Shown: positions 1 through 10,341, counted from the stretch's first letter. The stretch: DNA of 64,000 nt from Armatimonadota bacterium (GCA_037445735.1 JBBIJY010000003.1:92842-156841), one strand, 5' to 3'. A program made the numbers and translations. The notes: generated by a model from the sequence alone, not told the origin.

Positions 1-91
1 GCGTCTGGTTCGCTGGCTGGAACGCGAGCATGGCGTACCTGTGCGTGAGGCAGGCGGCGAGGATTGACCCTGTAAGAGGTAGACTCCTGAT

Positions 92-706
92 ATGATTGGC
101 TGGCTGAGTGGGGTTGTGCGGGCGGTTGAGGGCGAGCGGGTGCTGATCGAGGTGCAGGGTGTCGGCTACGAGCTGCGCCTGCCCGCCGCCCTGCGCGAGC
201 AGCTGCCCCCGCCCGGCGAACCCATCAGCCTCTATGTGCGCACGCTCTTCAACGAAGAGGAGGGCATCACCCTCTACGGCTTCGCCGACGCCTGGCAACG
301 ACGCCTGTTCGACCTGCTCATCACCGTTGGGGGCGTCGGTCCCAAACTCGCGCTGAATCTCATGAGCGCGACGGAGCCGACCACGCTCGCCCGCGCGATT
401 GCGCTCAGGGACACCCGCATGCTGCGCACGCTGCCGGGCGTCGGCGCCAAGCTCGCCGAGCGGCTCGTGCTGGAACTCTCCGAAAAGGTCGCTGAACTCG
501 CCTTTGAGGAGCGTATCGAGCGGCTCAAGGCTGCCACACGCGCCGCCACGACCGATCTGGAGGCGCTTGTTGCGGGGCTGGTTCAGCTTGGATACTCGCG
601 GCGCGACGCCGCAAGCGCGGTTCAATCCGCTTTGCAGGAGAACCCCGACGCCGACGAGCAGACGCTTATGCGCCTCGCGCTTTTGAAGCTGGCTCCGAAA
701 CGGTAG
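92..706 (+). CDS. ruvA: Holliday junction branch migration protein RuvA
   Basis: MIGWLSG..., LIEVQGVGYE, LYGF, GVGPKLA and PGVGAKLAERLVLEL helix-hairpin-helix motifs, C-terminal LVQLGYS domain. Confidence 0.97.
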   Translation: MIGWLSGVVRAVEGERVLIEVQGVGYELRLPAALREQLPPPGEPISLYVRTLFNEEEGITLYGFADAWQRRLFDLLITVGGVGPKLALNLMSATEPTTLARAIALRDTRMLRTLPGVGAKLAERLVLELSEKVAELAFEERIERLKAATRAATTDLEALVAGLVQLGYSRRDAASAVQSALQENPDADEQTLMRLALLKLAPKR

Positions 707-3068
707 GCGCCGTCGGGCGCAGCCACCGCCAGAGCCGCCGACGCGGACGCCACCGACACGGCTGCACCATCGGCAACGGCTGCGCATACAGTCGCGCCAG
801 CGCGAACTTCGCATCCCGCGCCCGCCGAACCGCCGCCAGCAGACCGCCCACCAGCGCCAGCGGCGGACCCAACCACACCAGTATCGTGAACGGCTTGTAA
901 TAGACCTCCAGCGGGATCACCCAGCGCGGCACGGTCTCCGGTCTGCCCGGCACCATCAGCAGTCGGAACTCCACCAGCCGCTGATTCACATCCATCTCGC
1001 CAATCACCACAATCGCGCCGTCGGGCAAAGTCGCAGGGATCGGAACCACCCCACCCTGCGCGATGAGCCGAAACGGCTCCACCTGCACAGGCTGCTTCCA
1101 GCCCCTCTTCTGAACCTGCAACTGCGCGATGGCACGGAAGCCCTCCTGACCCATCGCCGCGCCGTCCGCTCGCAAATCCACAAAGCGCAGCGTGTAATCG
1201 CCGACCTGAATCCGCTCGCCCTCATGCAGGCGGGCAATCAGCGGGCTGGCGTCCACCTGCGGCGGCGCAAAAAACGACACATACAGATCGTGATCCCACC
1301 AGCGGCGAATCCAGGGCCACACCACGCTGTTGTTCTCGGCGCGGCGCCGATCCAGATAGAAGCGCGGCTCGGCGATGAACTTCTCGCCATGGCGCGCGAC
1401 CTCAACCCGCACCCGATTGAACTTATCGAAGCGCGGGTCGCCGAACCGCTCCGAATCGCCCGTCATGCCCAGATAGCGCCAGCGATAGCCGAACGCCAGC
1501 ATGTCCTGACCCTGCATAATCACCACCTGCTGCTTGCCCTCGTAGGCGTTGGACAGGATCAGCCCGATGACGCCGATTGCCAGCCCCGCGTGGGTCAGGA
1601 AGCCGCCCACCGTAACGCGCGACGCCCGCACCCGCCGCCAGATCGCGCCCAGATTGGAATAGAAAGCAAAGCTGAGCAGCACCACAATAAAGAGCGTCAG
1701 CGGCTCCCGAAAGCCCAGAAAGTACAGCCCGAAGCCCGTCGCAACCGCCAGCAACCAGCTTCTGGTCAGCCGCTGCAGAATATCATCAAGGCTCATCCCC
1801 GACCAGCGCAACATCGGCGCCGCCGCCAGCACAATCGCCGCCAGCACCACCCACGGCGCATGCATCTGATTGTAAAAGCCCGGCTTCAGCGAGACCGGCT
1901 CCCCGCGAAAGAGCCTGGCAATCAGCGGGTACGAAGTGCCCACCAGACTGATAAGCGCGGACAGGATGAGCAGCGTGATGCCCCAGCGCACGGCAGCCTC
2001 GCGCGAGAAGCCGCGCACTTTAACTGCCGACGGCGGCGCGGGCATCTGCCGATACCGCCAGCCCCATAACCCCAGCGTGAGCAGCAGCCCGCCCCCCAGC
2101 ATCACTATCAGAATGCTCAGCGCGCTCTTCGCCAGCGCGTCGAACGAGTGCACCGACACCTCCGCCAGCACCCCACTGCGCGTCAGAAAAGTGCCGTACA
2201 CAAACAGCAGGAACGGAATCGCGCACAGCAGCGGGTTCCAGCGCACCATCCGCCCGCGATTGATCTGCAGCATTAGCCCGTGAACTGCTGCCGCCATAAA
2301 CAGCCACGGGAAGTAGGAGGTGTTCTCCACAGGGTCCCATGCCCAGAAGCCGCCCCAGCCGAGCGTCTCATACGCCCAGTAGCCGCCCAGCGCCAGTCCG
2401 AAGCCCAGTATCGTCGCCGCGTAAATCGCCCACGGACGCACCCGAATCGCCCACTCCTCATATTCATTCCGCCAGAGCGCCGATAGCGCGTAGGCGAACG
2501 GCACCGCTAATGCCGCGAAGCCCGCAAAAATAATCGGCGGGTGAATCGTCATCCAGATGTTCTCCAGAGAGGCGTTCAGCCCGATGCCATCGCGCGGCGG
2601 GAAGTTCGCTCGCAAAAAGGGCGCGTCCTCTGGCGGGGGCGGCAACGGCGCGAACGGACTCTGATACGCCAGAATGCCCATCAGGCACAGCACCAGCGCC
2701 GAGTAGACGGTCATCACCCGGCGTTCATAGCCGCCCGCCGTGCGCATCAGCAGCAGCCCGTACAGCCCTGTCCAGATTGCCCACAGCAGGAAACTGCCCT
2801 CCTGACCCGCCCACGCGCCCGCTATCTTGTACCAGAGCGGCAGCGACCGCTCGCTGAAATTGAACACATATTGCAAATCGTAGCGCCCCGTGATGAGCGC
2901 GTACTGCAGAACCGCCTCCGTCGCCAGAATGAAAACGAAGGCGAACCCGAACGCCCACCGCGCCCACCGAAGGGAACCCCCACCCCGCCGAACGCTGATT
3001 GCATAGAGCACGGTCGCGGCGAAAGCAAACAGCGCGCCCAGCCAGACCACCATATAGCCCGTCAGCAA
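666..3068 (-). CDS. ccmF: Cytochrome c biogenesis heme lyase CcmF
   Basis: WAGQEGSFLLW, IHPP, WAYETLGWGGFWAWDPVEN (WWD domain), GTFLTRSG..SVHSF; many TM helices; 3' end overlaps ruvA by 41 bp. Confidence 0.95.
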   Translation of the reverse strand: MLTGYMVVWLGALFAFAATVLYAISVRRGGGSLRWARWAFGFAFVFILATEAVLQYALITGRYDLQYVFNFSERSLPLWYKIAGAWAGQEGSFLLWAIWTGLYGLLLMRTAGGYERRVMTVYSALVLCLMGILAYQSPFAPLPPPPEDAPFLRANFPPRDGIGLNASLENIWMTIHPPIIFAGFAALAVPFAYALSALWRNEYEEWAIRVRPWAIYAATILGFGLALGGYWAYETLGWGGFWAWDPVENTSYFPWLFMAAAVHGLMLQINRGRMVRWNPLLCAIPFLLFVYGTFLTRSGVLAEVSVHSFDALAKSALSILIVMLGGGLLLTLGLWGWRYRQMPAPPSAVKVRGFSREAAVRWGITLLILSALISLVGTSYPLIARLFRGEPVSLKPGFYNQMHAPWVVLAAIVLAAAPMLRWSGMSLDDILQRLTRSWLLAVATGFGLYFLGFREPLTLFIVVLLSFAFYSNLGAIWRRVRASRVTVGGFLTHAGLAIGVIGLILSNAYEGKQQVVIMQGQDMLAFGYRWRYLGMTGDSERFGDPRFDKFNRVRVEVARHGEKFIAEPRFYLDRRRAENNSVVWPWIRRWWDHDLYVSFFAPPQVDASPLIARLHEGERIQVGDYTLRFVDLRADGAAMGQEGFRAIAQLQVQKRGWKQPVQVEPFRLIAQGGVVPIPATLPDGAIVVIGEMDVNQRLVEFRLLMVPGRPETVPRWVIPLEVYYKPFTILVWLGPPLALVGGLLAAVRRARDAKFALARLYAQPLPMVQPCRWRPRRRLWRWLRPTAPTVSEPASKARGA

Positions 3069-3074
3069 CGCCGT

Positions 3075-3452
3075 TCACCTCCGTGCCGACCGCTGCTCGC
3101 CCTGATACTTGCTGGGACACTTGACCAGCATCTCGCGAGCCTCAAACACGCCATTTTTATAATCGCCAATCACCACCACCTGTGTCGCCGCCTCAAAATT
3201 GTTCGGCTTGCCCTTCGGATAGACCACCCGCAGCACGCCCGTCTCATCTTTGCCCTCAAAGGTGAGCGTCATCGTCTTAATATCGAACCGAATGCTCTCT
3301 TTGATGGGTGTGAGCGCGACATGCACATTGCGGGGGTGGCTCTCCAGATCGCGAACCTTCACATAGGGGCTGGTGTTCTCCACAAAGGCGCGCACGGTGA
3401 ACACAAGCCCCACCACAATCAAAGCCAGAATCAGCAGATTGCTCCATCTCAT
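3075..3452 (-). CDS. ccmE: Cytochrome c maturation heme chaperone CcmE (CxxxY type)
   Basis: N-terminal TM, KPNNF, MLVKCPSKY (Cys-type heme-binding motif); immediately upstream of ccmF. Confidence 0.92.
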   Translation of the reverse strand: MRWSNLLILALIVVGLVFTVRAFVENTSPYVKVRDLESHPRNVHVALTPIKESIRFDIKTMTLTFEGKDETGVLRVVYPKGKPNNFEAATQVVVIGDYKNGVFEAREMLVKCPSKYQGEQRSARR

Positions 3453-3480
3453 CGCTGTTCCCTATTCCAGTATACCCGCC

Positions 3481-4956
3481 CTACAGCATGCTCACGAAGC
3501 GTTCCGTCTCGCGCGTGTAGGTGCTGAACGGGTCACGCATATCGACCTGACGGTTGCGGTCGACATACACAATATCCCAGTCGATGTAGTAGCGGTTGTA
3601 GCGTCGTTCGGCGAGGCGCTTGATGATGTAGCCGCGCGCGGCGGCACGGGTGTTCTGCGGCGGCGTGGTGGTGGCAGCTTCAATCTGCACATCGTCCACC
3701 AGCCGCTTCACCTCGCCCATCTGTTGCAGCGCGTAATACAGCCCCTGATCCGGGTGAATGTTGTGATATTCCAGATCAATCGAGTGGAGCGCGTCGTCGC
3801 CCCACTGCGCGCCCGTCTCCTCCATATAGGTGCGCAGCACCTTCAGCTTGATCAGCCAGTCGATACGGTCTTCCAGCTTTTCGGGGTCGGTTTCAAGCAT
3901 ATCCAGCACATACTCCCACTCCTGCAGCACCCAGTCGGTTTCGGGGTCGCGCCCTGCGAATCGGCGTTGCGCCAGCTGCAGGTAGATGCGCTGGAGGTCG
4001 ATCGCGCTGATGGTGCTGCCGTCGAGCATCTGCACAATCCATTTGCGGGTGGGGTCGCGCGAGACGCTTTTGAGCGTGTGCAGGGCGTCCTGCAGGCGTA
4101 GCCAGTTCGGCAACGCGCGCGCCTCCGCCAGGTCCAGCACGAGGCAGGTTGTGCCCAGCTTGAGCGCCATCGCATACTCGCTCATATTGCCCTCGCCGAA
4201 CAGCAGGTGCAGACGCTGATAGTTCTGGTAGCCGTACACGCTGTCCCACTTCGGATTGATAATCGCGCGATTGAATCGCACGCGGGAGGCGTTCTCACGC
4301 ACAATATGGTCGGCTCGCTGCGAGAGCTGATAGGTCACCGTCGGGTCCGGCTCCACATTGTACACATTGGAGACCCAGATGAAGTCGATGGGGTGGTCTG
4401 CCATCTCGGAGAGGGAGGGTCGGAAGCCGGCGTGTTCGAGCCGGTGCCCGCCCACGCGCCCTGCGCCCGCAAAAATCTGCCGCGTGGTCAGAAACGGCAG
4501 CACCGTCTTGTGCCAGTCGGAGGGCAGGCGGTCATCGGTGCGAATCAGATAGTTTTCGTGGCAGCCGAAGGTGTGCCCCGCAAAGTGGTCGATATTGTTG
4601 TTATGGAAGCTGACGCGCTCTTCCCAGCCCAGCCCGCGCAGGATGTCGACAACGATGCGCTGACCCGCTTTTTCGTGGCGCACGAGGTCGAACAGGCTGG
4701 CGCATTCGGGCGTGGCGTACTCTAAGTGGCTGCCGACGGCATCGATGTAGAGCCGCCCGCCATTAATGAGGAACCCGCCGCTGCGGGCAGGCTCGAACGC
4801 TTCATCGCGCGCCGTGAGGTCAATCAAGCCGAGTTTCGCCTTGTGAAAGGCGTAGTTTTTGACGGCTTCCACCACCGTCTCGGAGGTGCCGATGCGCTCG
4901 TCGCGCACGAAGCAGCCGAACTCTGTCTCTATCCCAAAGATACGGCGACCGATCAT
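3481..4956 (-). CDS. pafA: Pup/UBact-protein ligase PafA family
   Basis: RIFGIETEFG, NGGRLYIDAVGSHLEYATPEC, GCHENY, QLSQRADH, RLHLLFGEGNMSE, IDLEYH; located in the proteasome operon. Confidence 0.9.
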   Translation of the reverse strand: MIGRRIFGIETEFGCFVRDERIGTSETVVEAVKNYAFHKAKLGLIDLTARDEAFEPARSGGFLINGGRLYIDAVGSHLEYATPECASLFDLVRHEKAGQRIVVDILRGLGWEERVSFHNNNIDHFAGHTFGCHENYLIRTDDRLPSDWHKTVLPFLTTRQIFAGAGRVGGHRLEHAGFRPSLSEMADHPIDFIWVSNVYNVEPDPTVTYQLSQRADHIVRENASRVRFNRAIINPKWDSVYGYQNYQRLHLLFGEGNMSEYAMALKLGTTCLVLDLAEARALPNWLRLQDALHTLKSVSRDPTRKWIVQMLDGSTISAIDLQRIYLQLAQRRFAGRDPETDWVLQEWEYVLDMLETDPEKLEDRIDWLIKLKVLRTYMEETGAQWGDDALHSIDLEYHNIHPDQGLYYALQQMGEVKRLVDDVQIEAATTTPPQNTRAAARGYIIKRLAERRYNRYYIDWDIVYVDRNRQVDMRDPFSTYTRETERFVSML

Positions 4957-5011
4957 TGTTGTTCACCCCTGCTCCATCGCGCCTGAACCCCTTGTCCCCA
5001 GCCTCTCTAAA

Positions 5012-5764
5012 TTATAGACGACGCAGGTAGCCCTGCAGCTGTTCCGCAGGCACGATTCGGAACCGATTCTCGCGCAGGGTCTGGCGTTCCAGAATGCCCA
5101 CCTCCAGCTGGGCGTCCTGCAGTTCCTCGCGCAGGCGGTCGCGTGCCTGCGATTCGCCAATCTGTTCCGCCTCTTCCTGGCTGGCTGCCTCCTTTGCGAT
5201 GCCCCACGCCATCAGTGCGATGGGGATTGCCTTCTCGAAGGTGGGCGTGCTGGCAAGCGACTCGCGAAGATAATCGCTCGTTAGTTCCTCCGCATGGCTT
5301 GTGCCAGCGAGGGCGGCGAACCGCTCCGACGGCATGAACTCGCCATCGTAGTTGAGGATATAGAACAGGTCGCTGTCGGGTGTGGTGTGCAGCTCGGCGA
5401 ACAGGGCGCGCACCACAAACGGTGTGGTGAGCGGGTCGCCGAATGCCTTCTTGAGCGCGGGACTGAGCGCGAAGCCCACCACCCGCTGCACCGTTACATC
5501 ATCAGGGCTGCGCACGAAGCCCTCCTGATGCGCAAAATCGATCGCCGCCAGCCGCAACGACTCCACATCCGACTGATTGCCCATCGCCGAGAACATCAGG
5601 CGGTCATAAATCTCGAACACCTTGCGCCCGCGTCGGCGCGTGGTCAGCAGCAGGATGCCGTTATCGTAGCTGATGCCAATCACGGGGCTGCCCGCCTGCA
5701 AGCGATTGCGAATATACTGGGCGCGTTGCTGAATGTTCTCCTGAAAGTCGTAGGGTGTGAGCAT
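5012..5764 (-). CDS. prcA: 20S proteasome alpha subunit
   Basis: MLTPYD...GSPVIG...KVFEIYDRL Ntn-hydrolase alpha pattern; directly after the beta subunit. Confidence 0.92.
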   Translation of the reverse strand: MLTPYDFQENIQQRAQYIRNRLQAGSPVIGISYDNGILLLTTRRRGRKVFEIYDRLMFSAMGNQSDVESLRLAAIDFAHQEGFVRSPDDVTVQRVVGFALSPALKKAFGDPLTTPFVVRALFAELHTTPDSDLFYILNYDGEFMPSERFAALAGTSHAEELTSDYLRESLASTPTFEKAIPIALMAWGIAKEAASQEEAEQIGESQARDRLREELQDAQLEVGILERQTLRENRFRIVPAEQLQGYLRRL

Positions 5765-5766
5765 CG

Positions 5767-6588
5767 TTAGCCTCCGCGCAGGGAGTTCACAAGGTCTTTA
5801 AGCGTCGCTTCGGGCACTTCGAACACGCCCTCACGGTTCACATAGCGGGCGGTGGGCAGCACTTTGTCGATGCCGCCCGTCGCGGCGTCCAGATCCGCCG
5901 CGATATCGAGCAGCAGCAGCGCCTCCTGCAGCACCTCCTCCAGCGGGCGCTCGCTGAAGGCGCCTTTGGTGCGGGCGATATAGTCGAACACGCCGCGAAT
6001 GCGTTCCGCGCCGGAGCCTGCCGCGCCGAAGTCGGGCGTTTCGAAGCGGGCACCGCTCGCATCAAAGAAGAAGATGCGTCCCGCGTCCTGATCAGGGTCA
6101 TACGCGCTCAAAATGGGGATGAACAGCCCGATCCCGCTGAGCGCGTTCGGCAGGTTGGACGCCAGCACGCGACTCACCTCCTGCAGTTTGCCGTCGAGGC
6201 TCATCGGCTGCAGCTGGCTGCGAGCGTAATATTTGAAGGCGTGGCGCAGGTAACGCACCACCTCCATCGCCCGCCCGTATGCGCCCGCAATCGCAATCAG
6301 CGTCGAGTCATCGAGCGGGATAATCTTATCGGCGCGGTCGTACATCACGGCGTTCGCAGCGGTGGCACGGCGGTCGCCCACATTCAGCACGCCGCCTTTG
6401 AACTTCACCGCAATCACGGTGGTGCCGTGAATCTCCAGCAGGGTCGGTGTGGACGCGACGGGCGTCTCGGTCATGGACGGGCTGACGGCGCGAGCAGTAT
6501 CGGCGCTCGCGAACAGGGGGAGCGTCATCCCCGTCTGCGCCTGCCACTCTTTCAGCAGGCTCGCAAAATCGCCCTGATGCGCTCCCAT
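5767..6588 (-). CDS. prcB: 20S proteasome beta subunit (with propeptide)
   Basis: Propeptide followed by HG|TTVIAV catalytic Thr, GDRRAT, AGSG, DAATGG; start taken at the ATG just after the ubact stop (ORF track extends to 6597). Confidence 0.93.
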   Translation of the reverse strand: MGAHQGDFASLLKEWQAQTGMTLPLFASADTARAVSPSMTETPVASTPTLLEIHGTTVIAVKFKGGVLNVGDRRATAANAVMYDRADKIIPLDDSTLIAIAGAYGRAMEVVRYLRHAFKYYARSQLQPMSLDGKLQEVSRVLASNLPNALSGIGLFIPILSAYDPDQDAGRIFFFDASGARFETPDFGAAGSGAERIRGVFDYIARTKGAFSERPLEEVLQEALLLLDIAADLDAATGGIDKVLPTARYVNREGVFEVPEATLKDLVNSLRGG

Positions 6589-6589
6589 G

Positions 6590-6778
6590 CTACTCACCGC
6601 TGCGCTGACGATAGCGGCGCGCCTGTTCAGGATCGATGCGCCGCATGCGCTTCAGCAGCTCGTTCGTTTCGGGTCGACGCACATCGGGGCGTGAGGGACC
6701 ATCCCCATCGCCCCCCGGTTTGGTCAGCGGCTCCTGGGGAATCGGGCGCCGCAATCGCTCTTCCGCTTGCCAGATCAT
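6590..6778 (-). CDS. ubact: Ubiquitin-like protein UBact
   Basis: 62 aa, low-complexity N-half, C-terminal LLKRMRRIDPEQARRYRQRSGE matching the UBact R[ST]G[EQ] end; sits between dop and prcB. Confidence 0.92.
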   Translation of the reverse strand: MIWQAEERLRRPIPQEPLTKPGGDGDGPSRPDVRRPETNELLKRMRRIDPEQARRYRQRSGE

Positions 6779-8277
6779 GATGATTGAACCTCCTTGACCA
6801 TCCTGACGAAGGTCGTGATATCGGGAGCCGTCGTCAGACGGCGGCTCAGCTCGCGCAGGTCTATCTCAATCAATCGGCTCAGATCGAGCCGTGCGCTCTG
6901 GTTGCCATCCCGCAACAGGATCCGCTCCCAGTTGAGCGTTTCGATCTGCTCCGCAAATCGCTGAATGCACAGCCCGCGAATGGCGGCGCGGGTGTCCATC
7001 GGCGGCTGATGCACCGCCTGCTCAATCGCCTCCGCGCTCACCAGCGTGCGCATCTGACCCTGCTCCACCAGCGCGTAATAGAGACCCTGTTCGGGGTCTA
7101 CATTATGATACTCCAGATCGAGGGCGAAAAGTGCCGGGTCGTCCCACGAAAGCCCCTCCGATTCCACATAGAGGGTCAACAGCTGCCGCTTGGCAACCCA
7201 GTCGAGTCGGTCGGCGAGCTGTTCCGGGTCCGTTTCCAGAAGGTCCAGCACGATTTGCCATTCGCGCAGCAGCCAGTCGGTCTCGGCGTCGCGCCCCGCG
7301 AATCGCTCGCTCGCCGCCTGCCAGTAGGCACGCTGGAGATCGATGGCACTCATGGCGCCCATATCGGTCTCCACCAGCCATTTGAGGTCGGTGTCGCGGG
7401 AGAGGCGTTGCGCCTCGCGCACAGGGTTCGGAATGGAGAGCGGGGTGAGCCAGCCCGATTCGGTCAAATCCAGCACGAGCGCGGTTGTGCCCACCTTGAG
7501 CGCGGTGGCATACTCGCTCATGTTCGCATCGCCACAAATCACATGCAGGCGTCGGTAGCGGCGAATCGGCGCGTGCGGCTCGTCCCGCGTGTTGAAGATG
7601 GGGCGCCGATAGAGCGTCTCCACATTCATAATGTCCATGTAGAAGTCGGCACGCTGCGAGAGCTGGAACGGCACGCGCGGGTTCGGCTCCACCTCGACAC
7701 CCACCTTGCCCGCGCCCGCGTAGAGCATGCGCGTCACCAGAAACGGGAGCATGTTCGCCACCAGCACCTCGAACGGCACCTCGCGCGTCGTTGAGTAGCT
7801 CTCGTGGCAGCCGTAGCTGCTGCCGTGATGGTCGCTGTTGTTCTTGTAGAGGGTCAGGCGGTTGCCCGTCTGGCGTTCGTAGGCGCGGGCGCATGCGAGC
7901 ACGATGCGCTCGCCCGCTTTATCGTGAGCGATTAAATCCAGCAGGCGCCGGCATTCAGGGGTGGCGTATTCGGGGTGCGCATGGTCATTATAGAGCCGTG
8001 CGCCGTTGCCCAGCGCGTGGTCGGAGCGCACCTCACGCTCCGAAAGCGGCACGGGATGCTCGCGTTCAATCTGCGCATCGTGGGGGTCCACTTCCAGATG
8101 CTCCACGCGGAAGCCGCGCATATCGCGGCGAGGGTCTTCCAGGCGATAGTCCCAGCTTCGCACGGCGGGCAGAGGGCAACTGCGCACCACGCCAACCGCC
8201 TCCATTAGCTGGTCTGCGACCCCTCGACCCTCCACATATAAGCCGTACTCGGTCTCAATACCCGTCAGGCGTTGCAC
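6775..8277 (-). CDS. dop: Depupylase/deamidase Dop family
   Basis: GIETEYG, NGARLYNDHAHPEYATPEC, YKNNSD..SYGCHE, NTRDEPHA, RRLHVICGDANMSE; start reassigned to GTG 8277, 6 nt after TATAAT. Confidence 0.9.
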   Translation of the reverse strand: MQRLTGIETEYGLYVEGRGVADQLMEAVGVVRSCPLPAVRSWDYRLEDPRRDMRGFRVEHLEVDPHDAQIEREHPVPLSEREVRSDHALGNGARLYNDHAHPEYATPECRRLLDLIAHDKAGERIVLACARAYERQTGNRLTLYKNNSDHHGSSYGCHESYSTTREVPFEVLVANMLPFLVTRMLYAGAGKVGVEVEPNPRVPFQLSQRADFYMDIMNVETLYRRPIFNTRDEPHAPIRRYRRLHVICGDANMSEYATALKVGTTALVLDLTESGWLTPLSIPNPVREAQRLSRDTDLKWLVETDMGAMSAIDLQRAYWQAASERFAGRDAETDWLLREWQIVLDLLETDPEQLADRLDWVAKRQLLTLYVESEGLSWDDPALFALDLEYHNVDPEQGLYYALVEQGQMRTLVSAEAIEQAVHQPPMDTRAAIRGLCIQRFAEQIETLNWERILLRDGNQSARLDLSRLIEIDLRELSRRLTTAPDITTFVRMVKEVQSS

Positions 8278-8335
8278 GGGGTTATTATACCCCGAAAGGG
8301 CGCGGGAACCGCACCTGTACGCGGGCGTTTTGCTG

Positions 8336-8355
8336 GGGCGGGACACCCATACCAC
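8336..8355. repeat. Short REP-like palindrome (GGGCGGGACRCCCAWRCCAC family), copy 1
   Basis: gggcgggacacccataccac; related copies at 26548-26567 and 40208-40227. Confidence 0.55.
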
Positions 8356-8412
8356 CGCGTTGCCCAGAGCTGATTAGACTCCCTCTGCGGGTATACTTCA
8401 GCGTCGAAATCG

Positions 8413-10335
8413 ATGCTGGGTCGTGTCTGGCGGTTGCTGATCGGTCAGCCGTTATCGACGCGCCGCGCGCGTCATGAGCGGCTCCCTGTGTGGCTGGCGC
8501 TGCCGGTGTTTGCTGCCGACGCACTTTCTTCATCCGCTTACGGTCCCGAAGAGATGGTGATGGTGCTATGGGCGGCGGGCGAAGCGGGGCTGAAACTCAC
8601 ATTTCCGATTGGAATCGCGGTGGTCATCCTGCTGTTCATCGTCGCCATCTCCTATCGCCAGACGGTGTACGCCTACCCCCATGGGGGCGGCGCCTTCACC
8701 GTCGCGCGAGAGAACCTGGGCGAGTTCTGGGGCTTGCTGGCAGCAGCGGCGTTGCTGGTGGGCTATGTGCTGACCGTCGCGGTCAGCATCGCTGCCGCAG
8801 TGAACGCGATTGTGTCCGCCGTGCCTGCCCTGCTGCCCTATCGCGTGCTGTTGAACCTGCTGTTTATTGCCTTCATGACGCTGGTAAACCTGCGAGGCGT
8901 GCGGGAATCGGGCTATGTGTTCGCTCCACCGACCTACGGCTTCGTGCTGATCTTCGCGATGCTGATTCTGGTCGGCTTCTGGCGCGGTTTTGCTGGCGAT
9001 GTGGAGCCGGCGCCCTATCCGCCCTATTTCGGGCAAACGGTACCCCTGAGCTTTGCGCTGATCGCGCTCGCGTTCGCGCGCGGCTGTGCCACCCTCACTG
9101 GCGTGGAAGCAATCTCTAACGGCGTGCCCGCCTTTAAAGCACCCGAATCGCGCAACGCGGCTAACACCCTGATGCTCATGGCATGCATGCTGTCGGGGCT
9201 GGTGCTGGGCATTACCTACCTCGCGACGCACCTGCACCTCACACCGCGCGTGGAGAACGGCGAAATCGTGGAGACCCTCACCTCACGACTGGCGCGCACC
9301 GTGCTGGAGGGAACGCCGTTCGAGTGGTTTTATTATGTCGTGCAGATTGCCACGACCGCTATCCTGGTGCTGGCAGCCAACACGGCCTACGCCGACTTCC
9401 CACGCCTGAGCTCGATTCTGGCTAACACCCGCTACGCCCCGCGCCAGTTAGCCAATCTGGGCGACCGACTGGTCTTCAATAACGGCATCCTGCTGCTGGG
9501 CATCGTGTCCGCCCTGCTGATTATCTACTTTCGGGGCGATACGCACTCGCTGATCCCGCTCTACGCGGTGGGTGTGTTTGTTTCGTTCACCCTTTCCCAG
9601 GCGGGCATGGCACGGCGCTTCATGCGGACGCGCCCGCCTGGCTGGCAGGGGCGCATGCTGATCAACGCCGTCGGCGCCATCGTCACAGGGCTGGTCTCGC
9701 TCATCCAGTTGACCGTCAACTTCCGTTACGGTGCATGGATGAGCATCGTCGCCATTGGTGGTCTCATCTATCTGATGTACAAAGTGCATGAGCATTACAT
9801 GCAGCTGCGGGTTCAGCTACGCCCCGATGAGCCGACGCCTGCATCGGGGGTGCGCCGCCATCGCGTGCTGGTGCTGGTGCCCAGCGTGCACCGGGGCGTG
9901 CTGCAGGCGCTCGATTATGCCCGCCAGATTGCTCCACCCGACCAGATCGAAGCCCTGCATGTGAATGTGGACCCGCGCCCGCCCGCCATCTACCGCCGCA
10001 TCCTGCGCCGCACCAAAAACGATGAAACCACCCTCCAGCTGGTCACCCCCGCCGCCGAAAAAATGCAGCAGGAATGGCATCGCTATGTGCCCGACATCCC
10101 CCTCAAAATCATCGATTCGGAACACCGCTCGCTCGTTGAACCCATCGAGGACTATATCGACGAGCTGATCGAACGCGAGCAACTGGATTTGCTGACCGTG
10201 ATTATCCCGGAGTTCTATCCGAAGCGGTGGTGGCATCACTTATTGCACAATCAGTCGGCATGGATGCTGCGCCTTGCCCTGATGCGCAAGCCGAAGGTGG
10301 TCGTCACCACCGTGCGCTACTTCCTGGAGCGATAA
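8413..10335 (+). CDS. APC-family permease, KimA/YdaO-like (probable K+ or amino-acid transporter)
   Basis: ALPVFAADALSSSAYGPEE, AYPHGGGAF, TGVEAISNGVPAFK, LIPLYAVGVF, C-terminal IPEF..WWHHLLHNQSA. Confidence 0.88.
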   Translation: MLGRVWRLLIGQPLSTRRARHERLPVWLALPVFAADALSSSAYGPEEMVMVLWAAGEAGLKLTFPIGIAVVILLFIVAISYRQTVYAYPHGGGAFTVARENLGEFWGLLAAAALLVGYVLTVAVSIAAAVNAIVSAVPALLPYRVLLNLLFIAFMTLVNLRGVRESGYVFAPPTYGFVLIFAMLILVGFWRGFAGDVEPAPYPPYFGQTVPLSFALIALAFARGCATLTGVEAISNGVPAFKAPESRNAANTLMLMACMLSGLVLGITYLATHLHLTPRVENGEIVETLTSRLARTVLEGTPFEWFYYVVQIATTAILVLAANTAYADFPRLSSILANTRYAPRQLANLGDRLVFNNGILLLGIVSALLIIYFRGDTHSLIPLYAVGVFVSFTLSQAGMARRFMRTRPPGWQGRMLINAVGAIVTGLVSLIQLTVNFRYGAWMSIVAIGGLIYLMYKVHEHYMQLRVQLRPDEPTPASGVRRHRVLVLVPSVHRGVLQALDYARQIAPPDQIEALHVNVDPRPPAIYRRILRRTKNDETTLQLVTPAAEKMQQEWHRYVPDIPLKIIDSEHRSLVEPIEDYIDELIEREQLDLLTVIIPEFYPKRWWHHLLHNQSAWMLRLALMRKPKVVVTTVRYFLER

Positions 10336-10341
10336 CCGCCG

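Noticed and set aside
666-706. Convergent ruvA/ccmF overlap as a regulatory device
   Set aside because: Short tail-to-tail overlaps recur in this compact window, and the ccmF tail is low-complexity
8278-8412. c-di-AMP (ydaO) riboswitch ahead of the KimA-like gene
   Set aside because: The intergenic region is short, holds two divergent -10 boxes, and the leader after TATACT is only about 15 nt
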